Shown: positions 13,946 to 27,261 of the stretch, one piece after another | Position numbering within the stretch: position 1 is the stretch's first letter | Layout: each line of letters opens with the position of its first letter | Assembly: GCA_964016885.1 (NCBI GenBank) | Contig: OZ024763.1 | Coordinates: forward strand, 5,952,001-6,016,000 | DNA: 64,000 nucleotides | Source: Eledone cirrhosa | Lineage: Eukaryota | Reading direction: 5' to 3' | The notes under the pieces: model-generated | Seen by the model: the letters and a program-made list of their open reading frames with translations, nothing else | What the model was told of the DNA's origin: nothing | The model's database searches: none | Made by a program: the position numbers and the translations under genes

Positions 13946-15826
13946 TGATGTCAAAAGAGTTAAATTAGACTTTAGAATATATATTTTTTTTTTATTTCGA
14001 GACAAAATATATGGCTTGCTTGTTTCTGATCTTGTCTTTTCTCAGGGGAAGTGTTGGAAAGTTCTACTAGAGACTACTTAACGACAGTGGGGGTGTCAGA
14101 TGTGAAAGTTGACTGTACCTTTGGAGCTATTCTTCCTGCTCTATGGGGTCGGTTTCTTTTACTAAGTCCCCTCCTTGGCTGCCTCACAAACATACCTCCA
14201 TTTGTTTGTGTCCTGTCTTAACTTAAACTCAACCAGAGAGAAGTTAAAAATAAAACGCAACGCCTTCACACACAACACACTTAGGATTCTGCTACACAAG
14301 AGCCTGCGACATATTACATTATATATATATACACACACACAATATGTATATATACATATATATGTATATATATATATATATACAAAATATGTATATATAT
14401 ACATACATATGTGAGTATGTATGTATGTATGTATACACACACACACATATATATATGCATGTGCATATATATATATATATCAATAAACATTTAAAACTAT
14501 TAAGAAAACTGTGCCAGTTATTAACAGGAAAAAAACAGTTAAGAAAACTGCATCACTTTTTTTACAATAATCAATTCAGAAAACTACATTAAAATTTTAA
14601 AATGAACACTTAAGAAAACTGCACCAGTAATTTATAATAAACAGTTTTGACAACTGCACCAATTGTTTATAAAAAGTTATGAAAACTGCATCAGTTGTTT
14701 ACAATAAACTGCTATTAAAGCCACAGCAGTTATTCTTTAAAAAAACAGTAAAAAAAACAACAAGTTATTTACAATAAACAGCTTTGAAAACTGCACCAGG
14801 TGTTTACAATAAGCAGTTATGAAAACTGCAATAGTTATTTACAAAAAAGTCAAGAAAACTGCACCAAATGTTTACAAAAATATTCAAGAAAACTTATGAA
14901 AACTGCATCACATATTTAACTGCCCCAAAAAACACACACAAAAAAAACAGCTATGAAAACTGCATCAGTTATTTACAATAAACAGTTACCGGAGAAAATG
15001 TTAAATGTTGTTTGGTAGGTAATGAGTTAAATGATAGTTAACTCCCTTTTAAAAGGAAACACATTTTTCTTTTTCTTTTTTTGGTTAATGGAGTCCAATG
15101 GTGGGCAAATAATATTTCTTAAAAAACAACTTGAGAGGGGATAGTCATTGTTGTATTGGTTTTGATGACAGATCTGCTGGAACACTAACAACATCAGCAC
15201 CAACAGTAAACAATACAACCAACAATAACTACAACAACAAGACCACTAACAACAGTAACAACAACAATAAGTAACAGCAACAGTACAGAAAGACTTAGCT
15301 ATTTTTGTTTCACTGCCAACACCACCACCACCACCAACAGTATCACCACCAACAGTATCACCACCAACAGTAACACCACCACCAACAACAACAGAGACAA
15401 GACTTCACTATTTTTCTGTTCCCAAGAAATAGAATGACACAGAAATTCCAGTGGAATCATTTTGTAAATATTTCATAGATTTTTCTAAACATTTAAGAAA
15501 CTTTATCAACATTTTACATACTGTGTCAACAACACTGTCGGTAGAATAATATTTGTATATTAGATGGCTTACATTATATACTAAATTTATATATAAATTG
15601 ATATGTTGATTTATATATAAATTGATATTGATATATATTTATATATAAATTTATATATAAATTGATATGTTGATTTAAAACTGCACTATCCACAAGTGTT
15701 TTTTAGCCTTCATATCATGTTCTCCTATTTTATCTGATGAAAACACAAATATTATTGCATGATGATGTTTGTTTTTGAAATGCGCATAATAAAATATATG
15801 GAACTCCTTTAACCATCTTTTGATCT

Positions 15827-15867
<41 letters not shown>

Positions 15868-15909
15868 GATAAATCTACCAAAAATTTACGGTAGTAAATT
15901 ATTTTATTA

Positions 15910-16002
<93 letters not shown>

Positions 16003-16359
16003 ATATATCTATATAATATATCTATTTCCCGTCCCACCCTTGCAAGTAGGGAAAAGCGGACGTAAAAATGAAATGATGATGATGATGATGATATTATCAT
16101 CATCACCGTTTTACGTCCGTTCTTCCACGCTAGCATGGGTTAGACGGGTATATATATATACATACATACATATATACATACATATACATATATACATACA
16201 TACACATACATATACACACATATATATATATACATATATATACACACATATATATATATACATACATATACACATATATATATATATACATACATACATA
16301 TACACATATATATATATATATATATATACATACATACATATATATATATACATACATAT

Positions 16360-16396
<37 letters not shown>

Positions 16397-16401
16397 CATA
16401 T

Positions 16402-16442
<41 letters not shown>

Positions 16443-16657
16443 CATATACACATATATATATATATATATACATACATATACACACACATATATATATATA
16501 CATACATATACACACATATATATATATATATACATACATACACACACATATATATATACACATACATATACACACATATATATATATATACATACATATA
16601 CACACATATATATATATACATACATATACACACACACACATATATATACATACATAT

Positions 16658-16688
<31 letters not shown>

Positions 16689-17307
16689 CATACATATACA
16701 CATATATATAGTTAAGACTCTCTTCCTGCTATTTCAAGCATTAAACTAATATATTTCCCATGTACTGTGCCATTTATTTTGTTATTCTACACACACACAC
16801 ATATTATACATGCATACATACACATACATACATACTTATAAACACACATATACATGCTGTTACATACATCATTTAACACACATACATATATACACATGCA
16901 TTACATATATACACAGCATATATATATATAACATATATGAATGCATGCATATATGCACTGTATGTATGTATGTGTGTGTGTGTATGTGTATATATATATA
17001 CACTACACATATATATAGACACCATTATTTGACCCACTTTCACAGATGGCAATTGATACATGAAACATGAAATATCCATGCCTCCCCCCCCTCCTCCAAC
17101 CCCCCAACCCCCCACCACATATATATCCACATCCACGTCAACACACACACACACACACACACACACACATCCAAACTAAAATTTCACCAACTTCATTTAA
17201 AATAAAATAAAAATTTTTCAAAATTTTAAATAAAATGTTTTAAAATGTTCAGAAATAGTTTTATCATGAATGTTCTGGGTGAATATTTCAAAGTTTAAAA
17301 CACACAC

Positions 17308-17365
<58 letters not shown>

Positions 17366-17534
17366 AAAATGAAGTAATTCCGTCGGAAAAGTCCAGGAAA
17401 ATCCAACATCAATAAATAAACCAGGATTTTTTCATTCTGATGATTGAAAGCAAAATTTTTTTGCTTTTAAGAAACCACTGGTAAATGAAATAATTGCCTT
17501 ATGTTGTTTATTACATAACTATATATATATATAC

Positions 17535-17697
17535 ACAAAAAACATGGGCGGAGGTGGTGAGAGCAGACCTCAGATCGCTGAAGCTCACAGTGGAGATGAC
17601 GAAGGACCGTGACAAGTGGAGAGATGCTGTGCTGAATAAGACCCGTCCCACCCTTGGAAGCAGGGAAGAGCAGACGTAAAATGATGATGATGATGAT
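17535..17697 (+). mobile_element. RTE-clade LINE 3' end with (GAT)n tail
   Basis: Encodes KTWAEVVRADLRSLKLTVEMTKDRDKWRDAV, followed by acgtaaaatgatgatgat. Confidence 0.75.
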
Positions 17698-17959
17698 ATA
17701 TATATAAATTGCTGGAAAACTTTCTCCAGGAAAGTTAACCAGGAATCTTAAAAAATCTCCCCACCGAAGTTAACAAAGAACTTACTAACTCTACAAAACC
17801 AAATTGTAAAATTATATTATCATGAAATTAAATTGTTTAGAACTACAAGTGAAGTCATTCTTTTCCTTTTTTCAAATATAGCTAACTGTACCAAGGATTT
17901 CGCCCAAATTAATGAGATAATGAGACCGAGATCGTGTAGGTGTCCTACAACAAAAAAAC

Positions 17960-18410
17960 ACACAGTCCACGCTGTAATGTGGCCGTGTAGGTAACACAGT
18001 AAAAAGTTCCCAGTCCACACTGTAAACGTGGTTGGTGTTAGGAAGGGCATCCAGCCGTAGAAAACCTGCCAGACAGTCCACGCTGTAATGTGGCCATGTA
18101 GGTAACAGAGTAAAAAGTTCCCAGTTCCACACTGTAAACGTGGTTGGTGTTAGGAAGGGCATCCAGCCGTAGAAAACCTGCCAGACAGTCCACGCTGTAA
18201 TGTGGCCATGTAGGTAACAGAGTAAAAAGTTCCCAGTTCCACACTGTAAATGTGGTTGGTGTTAGGAAGGGCATCCAGCCGTAGAAAACCTGCCAGACAG
18301 TCCTATACGCGCGAGACACGGTCACCCGACCAACATTGCCTCAAATTGGGACAACTCCCGTCTAACCCATGCTAGCGTGGAAGATGGATGTTAAACGATG
18401 ATGATGATGA
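17960..18410 (+). repeat. Triplicated ~110-bp SINE/RTE-tail segment followed by (GAT)n tail
   Basis: Three copies of cagtccacgctgtaatgtggcc…ggaagggcatccagccgtagaaaacctgccaga. Confidence 0.8.
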
Positions 18411-18652
18411 TGTGTATGAAAAATTCAGGACCACGACGTCTGAGCTCCTGCCATTTCAACAACTAGATCTGAACAGTTCAGATATAAATGTAGTCAGTGA
18501 AAAAATTCTGGGTAGAGAGGACTCTTCAGTCTCACAGAGTACTTCCTCTTATATTGTTGGTGACATGATAAAATGCACCCAGTACACTCTGCAAAGAAAT
18601 AGTGCCAGTGCCATAATAAAACGTGTGTGTGTGTGCAGATGGAGATCCTTAC

Positions 18653-18838
18653 CTGTGTTGAGATGACCGATGAATCTTTGTCACTGCCCACAGATAGACT
18701 TGAGAGTTCATTGAAGAGGGTCTGTGTCGGAGGTCCACTGTTGCTGTATGACGTTCGTTGAGCTAAATTGTCGATCTGGGCCTGTAACTGGTGGTTGACC
18801 TCCTGTAGTTCATAGATTTCTCGACCCTGGTTACGGAT
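18653..18838 (-). CDS. BICDL1: BICD family-like cargo adaptor exon (IRNQGREIYELQEVNHQLQAQIDNL…TLFNELS…ISTQ, 62 aa)
   Basis: 186-nt phase 0-0 exon with cttcag acceptor and CAG|gtaagg donor. Contains TLFNEL, a Spindly-box-like LFxEL motif of dynein-dynactin adaptors. Confidence 0.9.
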
Positions 18839-18948
18839 CTGAAGTTAAAGTTAAGTAAAAAAAAAATAAAAAAATAATAAAAAAATAATAAAAAAATAAT
18901 AAAAAAATAATAAAAAAATCATTAAGGTTTAGCATTTAAACTGACCAT

Positions 18949-19078
18949 CGATGCCTGGTCGAGTAGGAGGGCACCGCGGCGTGCACGGAAGCCACGGGCG
19001 TGAGCCCGGGTGAAGCCGACCGCGGGTGCAGATCTCGGTGGTAGTAGCAAATATTCGAACGAGACCTTCGAAGACCGA
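18949..19078 (+). pseudogene. 28S rRNA gene fragment (~130 bp)
   Basis: cgagtaggaggg…gggtgcagatctcggtggtagtagcaaatattcgaacgagaccttcgaagaccga matches the conserved eukaryotic LSU core GGTGCAGATCTTGGTGGTAGTAGCAAATATTCAAACGAGA. It is a GC/CpG-rich island. Confidence 0.9.
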
Positions 19079-19364
19079 GATGGTGTACAGGAGAGAAGAC
19101 TGTATTGGTACAGACATGTGATGTGCATCGTCAATGACCAAAGGGTGAAGAAATGTCAGGAAATGACACAGTGGAGGGAAGCAGCAGTAGAGGAAGACCA
19201 AGGAAGACTTGGGCAGAGGTGGTGAGACCTGATCTTAAATCACTGAGACTGCAGAGGAGATGACGAAGGAACATAATAAGAGAGATGCCACGCTGAGAAG
19301 GAGCCGTCCAACCCATGCAAGCGTGGTAAAACAGATGTAAAGACGATGATGATGTTGATGATGA
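19079..19364 (+). mobile_element. RTE-clade LINE 3' end fused to the 28S fragment
   Basis: Encodes VQERRLYWYRHVM and, after a frameshift, RGRPRKTWAEVVR. Ends in a (GAT)n tail. Confidence 0.8.
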
Positions 19365-19379
19365 TATATAAAGTCTTAC

Positions 19380-19526
19380 ATGTAATTCTTGTTCTAGTTT
19401 CTGCTTCTCCAGCATCAATATCCTCTCCTGAGATTCCTCCAAGCTACAAGCATAAGAATCTCTTTCTTCTGTTAAAACATGGATTTTCCTCTCAACTTCA
19501 CATTTCTTTTCGTTAAGCTCATTAAT
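19380..19526 (-). CDS. BICDL1: BICD family-like cargo adaptor exon (INELNEKKCEVERKI…LEESQERILMLEKQKLEQELH, 49 aa)
   Basis: 147-nt phase 0-0 exon with tttgacag acceptor and CAT|gtaaga donor. Resembles BICDL1 EELQDRVLILERQ. Confidence 0.9.
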
Positions 19527-20245
19527 CTGTCAAATAAACAACAGCAACAATAATTAAAATAAAGACATTCTGTATATGTAGGTATATAAAAGGTAAACAG
19601 AAATAACAAAGCAAATGACACAGTATAAGAATGTGGTGCCCCAATCTGGCCACAGTCTATTGACTGAAATCAGTAAAAGAATATAAAAGGTAAAGATCCC
19701 CTTTGGTCACAAATGATCATAGGATTTGTACCTAGACAGTTCCCCTCCGAGGCACAAGTCTGGGCAAGGTTGTTTGAGGACGACCAGTCTCCCCTCTCAT
19801 GTCACCAATGTTGTCCAAGGGAAAGGCAAAAGCCGATACAGCTTGGCACCAGTGATGTCACAACAGGTACGGGAGATAAAGAAGGCCACACATTGTTCCT
19901 TTCCCTGACATACTTCTTTCTCCTCAGAAAACCCTCCTGTCGATGGATGTGAAATCTGAAATATAGGGACCAATAAATCTCTTCCAAGATAACTATCTCA
20001 GGTTTTCTTTTTACACCTATTTTTATGTTCTCTACGTCTCTTCCTACCTCCCTCTCTCTCTCCTACTGCCACCTGGTTTGGTTACCCAGAGATTTAACGA
20101 TCTGCATTGTAGAGGCTTCCAAAATAATTATATATATATATATATATATGAGCGAGGCACAGTCACCCGACAGCCTTGCCTCAAGTGGGACAATTCCCGT
20201 CTAACCCATGCTAGCATGGAAAATGGATGTTAAACGAAGATGATG

Positions 20246-20305
<60 letters not shown>

Positions 20306-20369
20306 ATCTAACATGTATAAAATTATAAAAATTAAAAACAAACCAAAGTCAAATTTAAATAATTGTTTC

Positions 20370-20880
20370 TACTATTGGCACAAGGCCAGAAAATTACCCA
20401 GTACATTACTGGTACTTTATTTTATCGACCCCGTAAGGATGAAAGGCAAAGTTAACCGCGGCGGGATTTGAACTCAGAATGGCAAGGGCCGTAACTCTAT
20501 GCGTCAAAGCATGGCGTCCGAACCTCTACCGATACTGCCAATCCACCGCCATCCAAGTCAAATTTAAATAATAAAGAGATATTATATATCCATTTCCGAG
20601 GTCTGAACCCAAAGTCTGTCTTAAGCCAGAAGGCTCATTTGGCCGGTGCTTATCCCAGTTTCATGGTGTGAAGCGACTGAGAGTACAAGACTCCCTCCTG
20701 GAGAGGACGCCAGTCCATTGCAGGGTTAAACCTCCAGCTATTGCTGGTACTCATTTTCAGCTGAGTATACTGGAGCAACGTGAAATGAAGTGTTTTGCTC
20801 AAGAACACAACACGCAACCCGGGAATCAAACCCACAACATTATGATCGTAAGTCCAACACCCTTACCACTAGGCCACATA
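20370..20880 (-). mobile_element. Two SINE copies from two families
   Basis: Reverse complements of the SINE types at 5858-6020 and 13695-13945. Confidence 0.7.
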
Positions 20881-21279
20881 TATATCTATAACTCACAGCT
20901 ACACAATAGCAAGCCCAACCCTGCAACCACTGAACCATATACCTTCACAGACTTCAATAGACTTTCCAAAATTCTTACAAATCATTCACGTGTAAAGAAT
21001 AGTAAAGTAGAAAAACAGAAATCACCTTCCTCTATGTTTCCAAGAAGCAGTTAATAAGTATGTATATTTAAAGAAGTATGACTCATAGAAGTATATTCAT
21101 GAGGGTATATATCTATATATATCTATATATATCTATATATATCTATATATATCTATATATATCTATATATATATCTATATAGATGTGTATAGATGTGTAT
21201 ACGCCCAATACATTACAATGCATTTTATATATTCCATGCTGGCATGGAAAATGGACGTTAAACAGTGATGATGATGATG

Positions 21280-21955
21280 ATATACACACACAGATATACA
21301 CACACAGATATACACACACACAGATATACACACACAGATATACACACACACAGATATACACACACAGATATACACACACACAGATATACACACACACAGA
21401 TGTACACACACAGATGTACACACACAGATGTACACACACAGATGTACACACACAGATGTACACACACAGATGTACACACACAGATGTACACACACAGATG
21501 TACACACACAGATGTACACACAGATATACACACACAGATATACACACACACAGATATACACACACAGATATACACACACAGATATACACACACACAGATA
21601 TACACACACAGATATACACACACACAGATATACACACACACAGATATACACACACACAGATATACACACACAGATATACACACACAGATATACACACACA
21701 GATATACACACAGATATACACACACAGATATACACACACACAGATATACACACACAGATATACACACACACAGATATACACACACAGATATACACACACA
21801 GATATACACACACAGATATACACACACAGATATACACACACAGATACACACACAGATATACACACACAGATATACACACACAGATACACACACAGATACA
21901 CACACACAGATATACACACACAGATATACACACACAGATTCACACACACAGATAC
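21280..21955. repeat. (CA)nGATA/(CA)nGATG compound microsatellite
   Basis: Directly visible. Confidence 0.95.
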
Positions 21956-22089
21956 ATATATATATCCACTGTGGGTTCATCCAGGTGTAGAGCTAGACAG
22001 AGTGTAAATATAATAATACAAGGATGGTCTGTTAAGCCTTCATCATCTTTATTGGTTGGTGACATCTGTTTCGTACAACAGTACGTCAG

Positions 22090-22322
22090 TATCTTCAACA
22101 GTACGTCCTCATCAGATAAAATAAGATGATGCATGACATACCCTGACTTAGTAGATGGTTAAGATTCAGTCATGGTAGTGAATATGATATGACAAGACTC
22201 GATATTTGTATACCATATGTCATGTCATACTCACTACCATGACTGAATCTTAACCATCTACTATGTCAGGGTATGTCATGCATCATCTTATTTTATCTGA
22301 TGAGGACGTACTGTTGAAGATA
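22090..22322. repeat. Near-perfect inverted repeat, ~105-bp arms, ~23-nt loop
   Basis: 22090-22194 versus 22218-22322; I count about three mismatches. Confidence 0.92.
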
Positions 22323-22493
22323 GCTCAGTACCTCTGAAATATGTATAATAAAATATACTTGATCACACGAATGTCTATTTTTGTTCATATTTTGAATTAA
22401 TATTAATAACTCCGGAAAACCATTCTTGTTGAGTGCTTCTAATCTATTGTAAAATTCATTCTTTGATTTATTCATTGAACCTTGTTTAACCTT

Positions 22494-22534
<41 letters not shown>

Positions 22535-22769
22535 AGAGATAGAGAGAGAGGAAATGAGAAAGAGATATAGAGGAAGAATCAACCCCAGTAGTAGACTGGT
22601 ACTTTTTTTATCAACCTCGAAAAGATAAAAGGCAAAGTTGACCTCAGCAGGATTTGACCTCAGAGAGCTGAGAGTCAGACCAAATACTATAAAGCATTCT
22701 ATCCAACGTTCTAACAACTCTGACAATTCGCCACCCCAGCTAGTATATGTCTTGATAAAGAGAGAGAGA

Positions 22770-24070
22770 TAAATAGATAGACAGGTAGATAGATGTGTTT
22801 CTTTATTAGCCACAGGGGCACAAAAGAAGGGGACAAATACAAAGGCGGAAGTTTACATACAATAAAAACGTGTAAAATATTATCACAAATGTAATTTAAA
22901 AATTAGTCGATTTTCCCCAATAGGGGGAGACAGTTCATATGGGTAACACATACCCCTGAAAAAAAAATGTGCAACCCTCATCTCCAGGAGTACGAAGAGT
23001 GAGTACTCCTTTCCTCTCTTCCTCTTTTTCCTCAACCTACAGACTGATATAGAGAGAAGGCCCATTCACTCGGGCCATTCTCGCCACTTTCACCCACCTT
23101 AGATAGACAGGTAGATAGATAGACAGGTATATTTCTTTATTAGCCACAGGGGCACAAAAGAAGGGGACAAATACAAAGGGGGAAGTTTACATACAATAAA
23201 AACGTGTAAAATGTTATCACAGATGGATTTTAAAAGTTAGTCGATTTTCCCCAATAGAGGGAGACAGTTTATATGGGTAACACATACCCCCGAAAAAAAA
23301 TGTGCAACCCTCATCTCCAGGAGTATGAAGAGCTTGTACTCCTTTCCTCTCCTCCTCCTTTTCCTCAACCTACAGGCTGATATAGAGAGAAGGCCCATTC
23401 ACTCGGGCCATTCTCGCCACTTTCACCCACCTTAGATAGACAGGTAGGTAGATAGACAGGTAGGTAGATAGACAGGTAGGTAGATAGACAGGTAGGTAGA
23501 TAGACAGGTAGGTAGATAGACAGGTAGGTAGATAGATAGATTTCTTTTTTTAGCCACAAGGGCGCAACAAGAAAGGGGACAATACAAAGACATGCCGGGG
23601 ATTTTACATACAGTAGGTAGATAGATAGACAGGTAGATAGATAGATTTCTTTATTAGCCACAAGGGCGCAACAAGAAAGGGGACAATACAAAGACATGCC
23701 GGGGATTTTACATACAGTCGTGTAAAAAATATAAAAACAAACAATTTCAACAATCGAAATCCCCTATAGGGGGGAGGCGCCACAAATGGGTTGTTTAATA
23801 CCCTGTAGATAGAACAACCCTCAACTCGAGGAGCGTGTTGTGCAAGTGCTCCTTTCTTCCTTTTGCTCTCTTCCTCAACCTACAGGCTTATAAACAGAGA
23901 AGGCCCAATCACTCGGGCCATTTTCGCTTCATTCACCCACCTTTCAGTAAATTTACTGGGGTGCAGTGCCTCTCTCTCCACCCTGATTCTCCTTCTAAAG
24001 TGATACTTAAAGAAGGGAATCAATTGACAGGTAGGTAGATAGACAGGTAGGTAGATAGACAGGTAGATAG
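22770..24070 (-). mobile_element. Tandemly stacked 3' ends of a non-LTR retroelement with (TCTA/CCTA)n tails
   Basis: Four copies of tttctttattagccac (minus-strand AATAAA; one copy is degenerate), each adjacent to gata/gaca tetranucleotide tails, with duplicated ~330-bp bodies. Confidence 0.6.
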
Positions 24071-25258
24071 TGAAAGAGTTAATGATGCAAATATTTAGTT
24101 AAAACCAGTGAAATTCAGTTGAGTTTAAGTTAAAACAACAAAGTGGTTCTACAAGTGACTGGGGAGTTTACAAGTAGATATAGCTTACATTCCTGGATCA
24201 AGTAGTATGTGGTGTGTGTGTGTGTGGTGGTGTGTGTGTGTGTGTGATGGTGTGTGTGTGTGTGTGATGGTGTGTGTGTGTGTGTGGCGGTGTGTGTATG
24301 TGGCAGTGTGTGTGTGTGTGGCGGTGTGTGTGTGTGTGGTGGTGTGTGCGTGTGTGGCGGTGTGTGTGTATGTGGCAGTGTGTGTGTGTGGCAGTGTGGA
24401 TGTGTGGCGGTGTGTATATGTGTGGTGGTGTGGATGTATGTGGCGGTGTGGATGTGTGTGTGTGCAGCAGTGTGTGTGTGTGCAGCAGTATGTGTATGAC
24501 TGTGTGTGTGTGTGTGTATGGCTGTCGCATGTGTGTGTGCGTGGTAGCCACTACTACATTGAAGGAAGGTGTGTGCATGAATTTCCACCTGAAGTCATTT
24601 TTTACATAAAAACACACACACCACACAAACCCACACACCACACACCACACACACACCATACACACACACACACACAAACCCACACACCACACAAACCCAC
24701 AACCACACACCACACACACACACCATACACACAAACCCACACACCAACCCACAACCACACACCACACACACACAACATACACACACCATACACACAGATA
24801 CACACAGGTCTAGATACACACATACAGGTAGACACACAGGTATATATACACAGGTAGACACACACTAGGCAATTTGTTTATATAATGCCAGTAGTTACAT
24901 TCAGTTGTGTGTATATATATGTGTTTGTGGGGGGGTATATAAACACGTGTGGGTATATATATATATATATATATATCTGTGTGCGTGTGTAAGGGTATAT
25001 AAACATGTGTGGGTATATATATATCTGTGTGCGTGTGTAAGGGTATATAAACATGTGTGGGTATATATATATATCTGTGTGCGTGTGTAAGGGTATATAA
25101 ACATGTGTGGGTATATATATATCTGTGTGTGTATGTGAGACCTACAGAAAAAACCTTAGTTACCTGTGAGAAAGGGGTGGAGAGAGGAGTGGTGTGTATA
25201 TACACATGTTGGTTTTGGTGGGTTTGTTTACACAGGCATCTTGTCTGAGACACAGCTA

Positions 25259-25341
25259 CACAGGGTGTCTCCAAAAAATGTATACACACTTCAACAGCAT
25301 TCTAATAAAAAGTATGTATACATTTTTGGGGGACATCCTGT
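25259..25341. mobile_element. Miniature Tc1/mariner-type MITE (~80 bp)
   Basis: Inverted termini tacagggtgtctccaaaaaatgtatacacact and agtatgtatacatttttgggggacatcctgt. Confidence 0.7.
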
Positions 25342-25451
25342 GTGTGTATAAATATATATAAATATATATATATAAATATAAATATATATATATATAAATA
25401 TATATAATAAGACCCGTCCCACCCTTGCAAGCAGGGAAAAGCGGACGTAAA

Positions 25452-25559
<108 letters not shown>

Positions 25560-25582
25560 AATATATATATAAATATATATAA

Positions 25583-25633
<51 letters not shown>

Positions 25634-25648
25634 AATATATATATAAAT

Positions 25649-25699
<51 letters not shown>

Positions 25700-25877
25700 A
25701 ATATACGTTATTCCGGGTTGAATCGGAGGTAACCACAGTAAGTAAGGTACTCAATACATAGCAGAGTATAACAGTTTTAATATAGATGAGATTCTACAGG
25801 ACTAGAACTGTTTCATTCATTAGAAATCAAGGAAACTATATATATAAATATATATATATATAAATATATATAAAACA

Positions 25878-26220
25878 TTTGAAAGCCATAACAATGTGGA
25901 ATGGACAGATAAACAAACAAGTGAGATTAAACAAGATGTGTTTTTACCTTTACTTATTTATGTCCTGATATTTTGAGATTAAAATCTCTTCTTCCGAGGA
26001 AAATGAAAGGGATTAATCCAGTGTTTGATGTGACACACTATACCATGCTGGCACATTGTATAGCATGCCACATTGGACACTGGATTAGTGCTTTTTATTT
26101 TCCTCAGATGAAGTGATTTTAATCTCGAAATATCAGGACATAAATAAAGGTAAAAACACATCTTGTTTCATCCGACTTGTTTATGTATCTGTCCAAACCC
26201 ACATTGTCGTGGCTTTCAAA
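25878..26220. repeat. Imperfect fold-back element, ~165-bp arms
   Basis: aaacaagatgtgtttttacctttacttatttatgtcctgatattttgagattaaaatc mirrors gattttaatctcgaaatatcaggacataaataaaggtaaaaacacatcttgttt. Confidence 0.85.
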
Positions 26221-26273
26221 GTTCGAATTCTTTATACCATGTACAATGCTTCAAGTAAACTACAAATCCCTCC

Positions 26274-26319
<46 letters not shown>

Positions 26320-26395
26320 CAAAGGAAGTGTGGTAAGGAACCAGATGGACCATAATGCACCAGAGTACTCAATACTTGGGGTAGTAGAGTGGGAA

Positions 26396-26516
26396 ATAGG
26401 AAAAAGTATCAACCCGACGGCAGAGCTCAAGACGTTGAGACGATTATTTCTGGACTAGTCCAGAAATAGCCGTCGAAACGGCTTGAGCTCCGACGTCGGG
26501 GTCATACTTTTTCCTA
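26396..26516. repeat. Hairpin centred on ctggactagtccag, within the (TA)n-associated repeat family
   Basis: ataggaaaaagtat…atactttttcctat termini and a palindromic centre. Confidence 0.8.
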
Positions 26517-27261
26517 TATATATATATATATATATACACGCTTAAATTTAGTGGTTCACCACTGGGAAGAATTGCTCTTTCCTCGAGGTAAACCATGAAA
26601 GCACTCGATGTTATGCATCTCATCCATCTTTGATGTTGAATCTTGTTGATGGTGTGGGAACAGCGTTAAATTATATTATAGCGATATTATACCCCAAGGG
26701 CGGTGAATTGGCAGTATCGGTATAATATCGGTAGAGGGTTGGACGCCATGCTTTCTAGCATAGTTACGTCCCTTTACGGTTTGAGTTCAAATCCCGCTGA
26801 GGTTAACTTTGCCTTTCATCCTTACGGGGTCGATAAAATAAAGTACCAGTAATGCACTGGATAATTGCTGGCCTTGTGCCTAAAGTAGAAACAATTATAG
26901 CGTAAAATGAGGTTGGACAGGTTGCATTCCTTTAAATTCTATTACTGAAATGTGCTTTGTGTTTGCAGTAATAAAATTGAAAGGAATGCAACCTGTTCAA
27001 CCTCGTGTCATTTTACCTTATAATATATATATATATATATATATAGTTTACAATAAATCGTTTTAGAATAAGGAAACTGATAAGGGAAGGTGAATATATT
27101 ATTACAGTCAAAATATGAGATTTATTACAGTAAACTACTCAGAAGGCTACATACAATTCTATTTGTAGGAACCTCTTATTTCAGATGTTTATGTAAACTC
27201 ATAGAGCAAATATTACATTGAATAAATAATTAACAGTCTTTGGTGTTCTTTTCAATGTGGT

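Noticed and set aside
18949-19078. Functional rRNA gene or R2-type insertion in rDNA
   Set aside because: Only ~130 bp with no flanking rDNA. The attached element is RTE-like and the segment is not the R2 target site.
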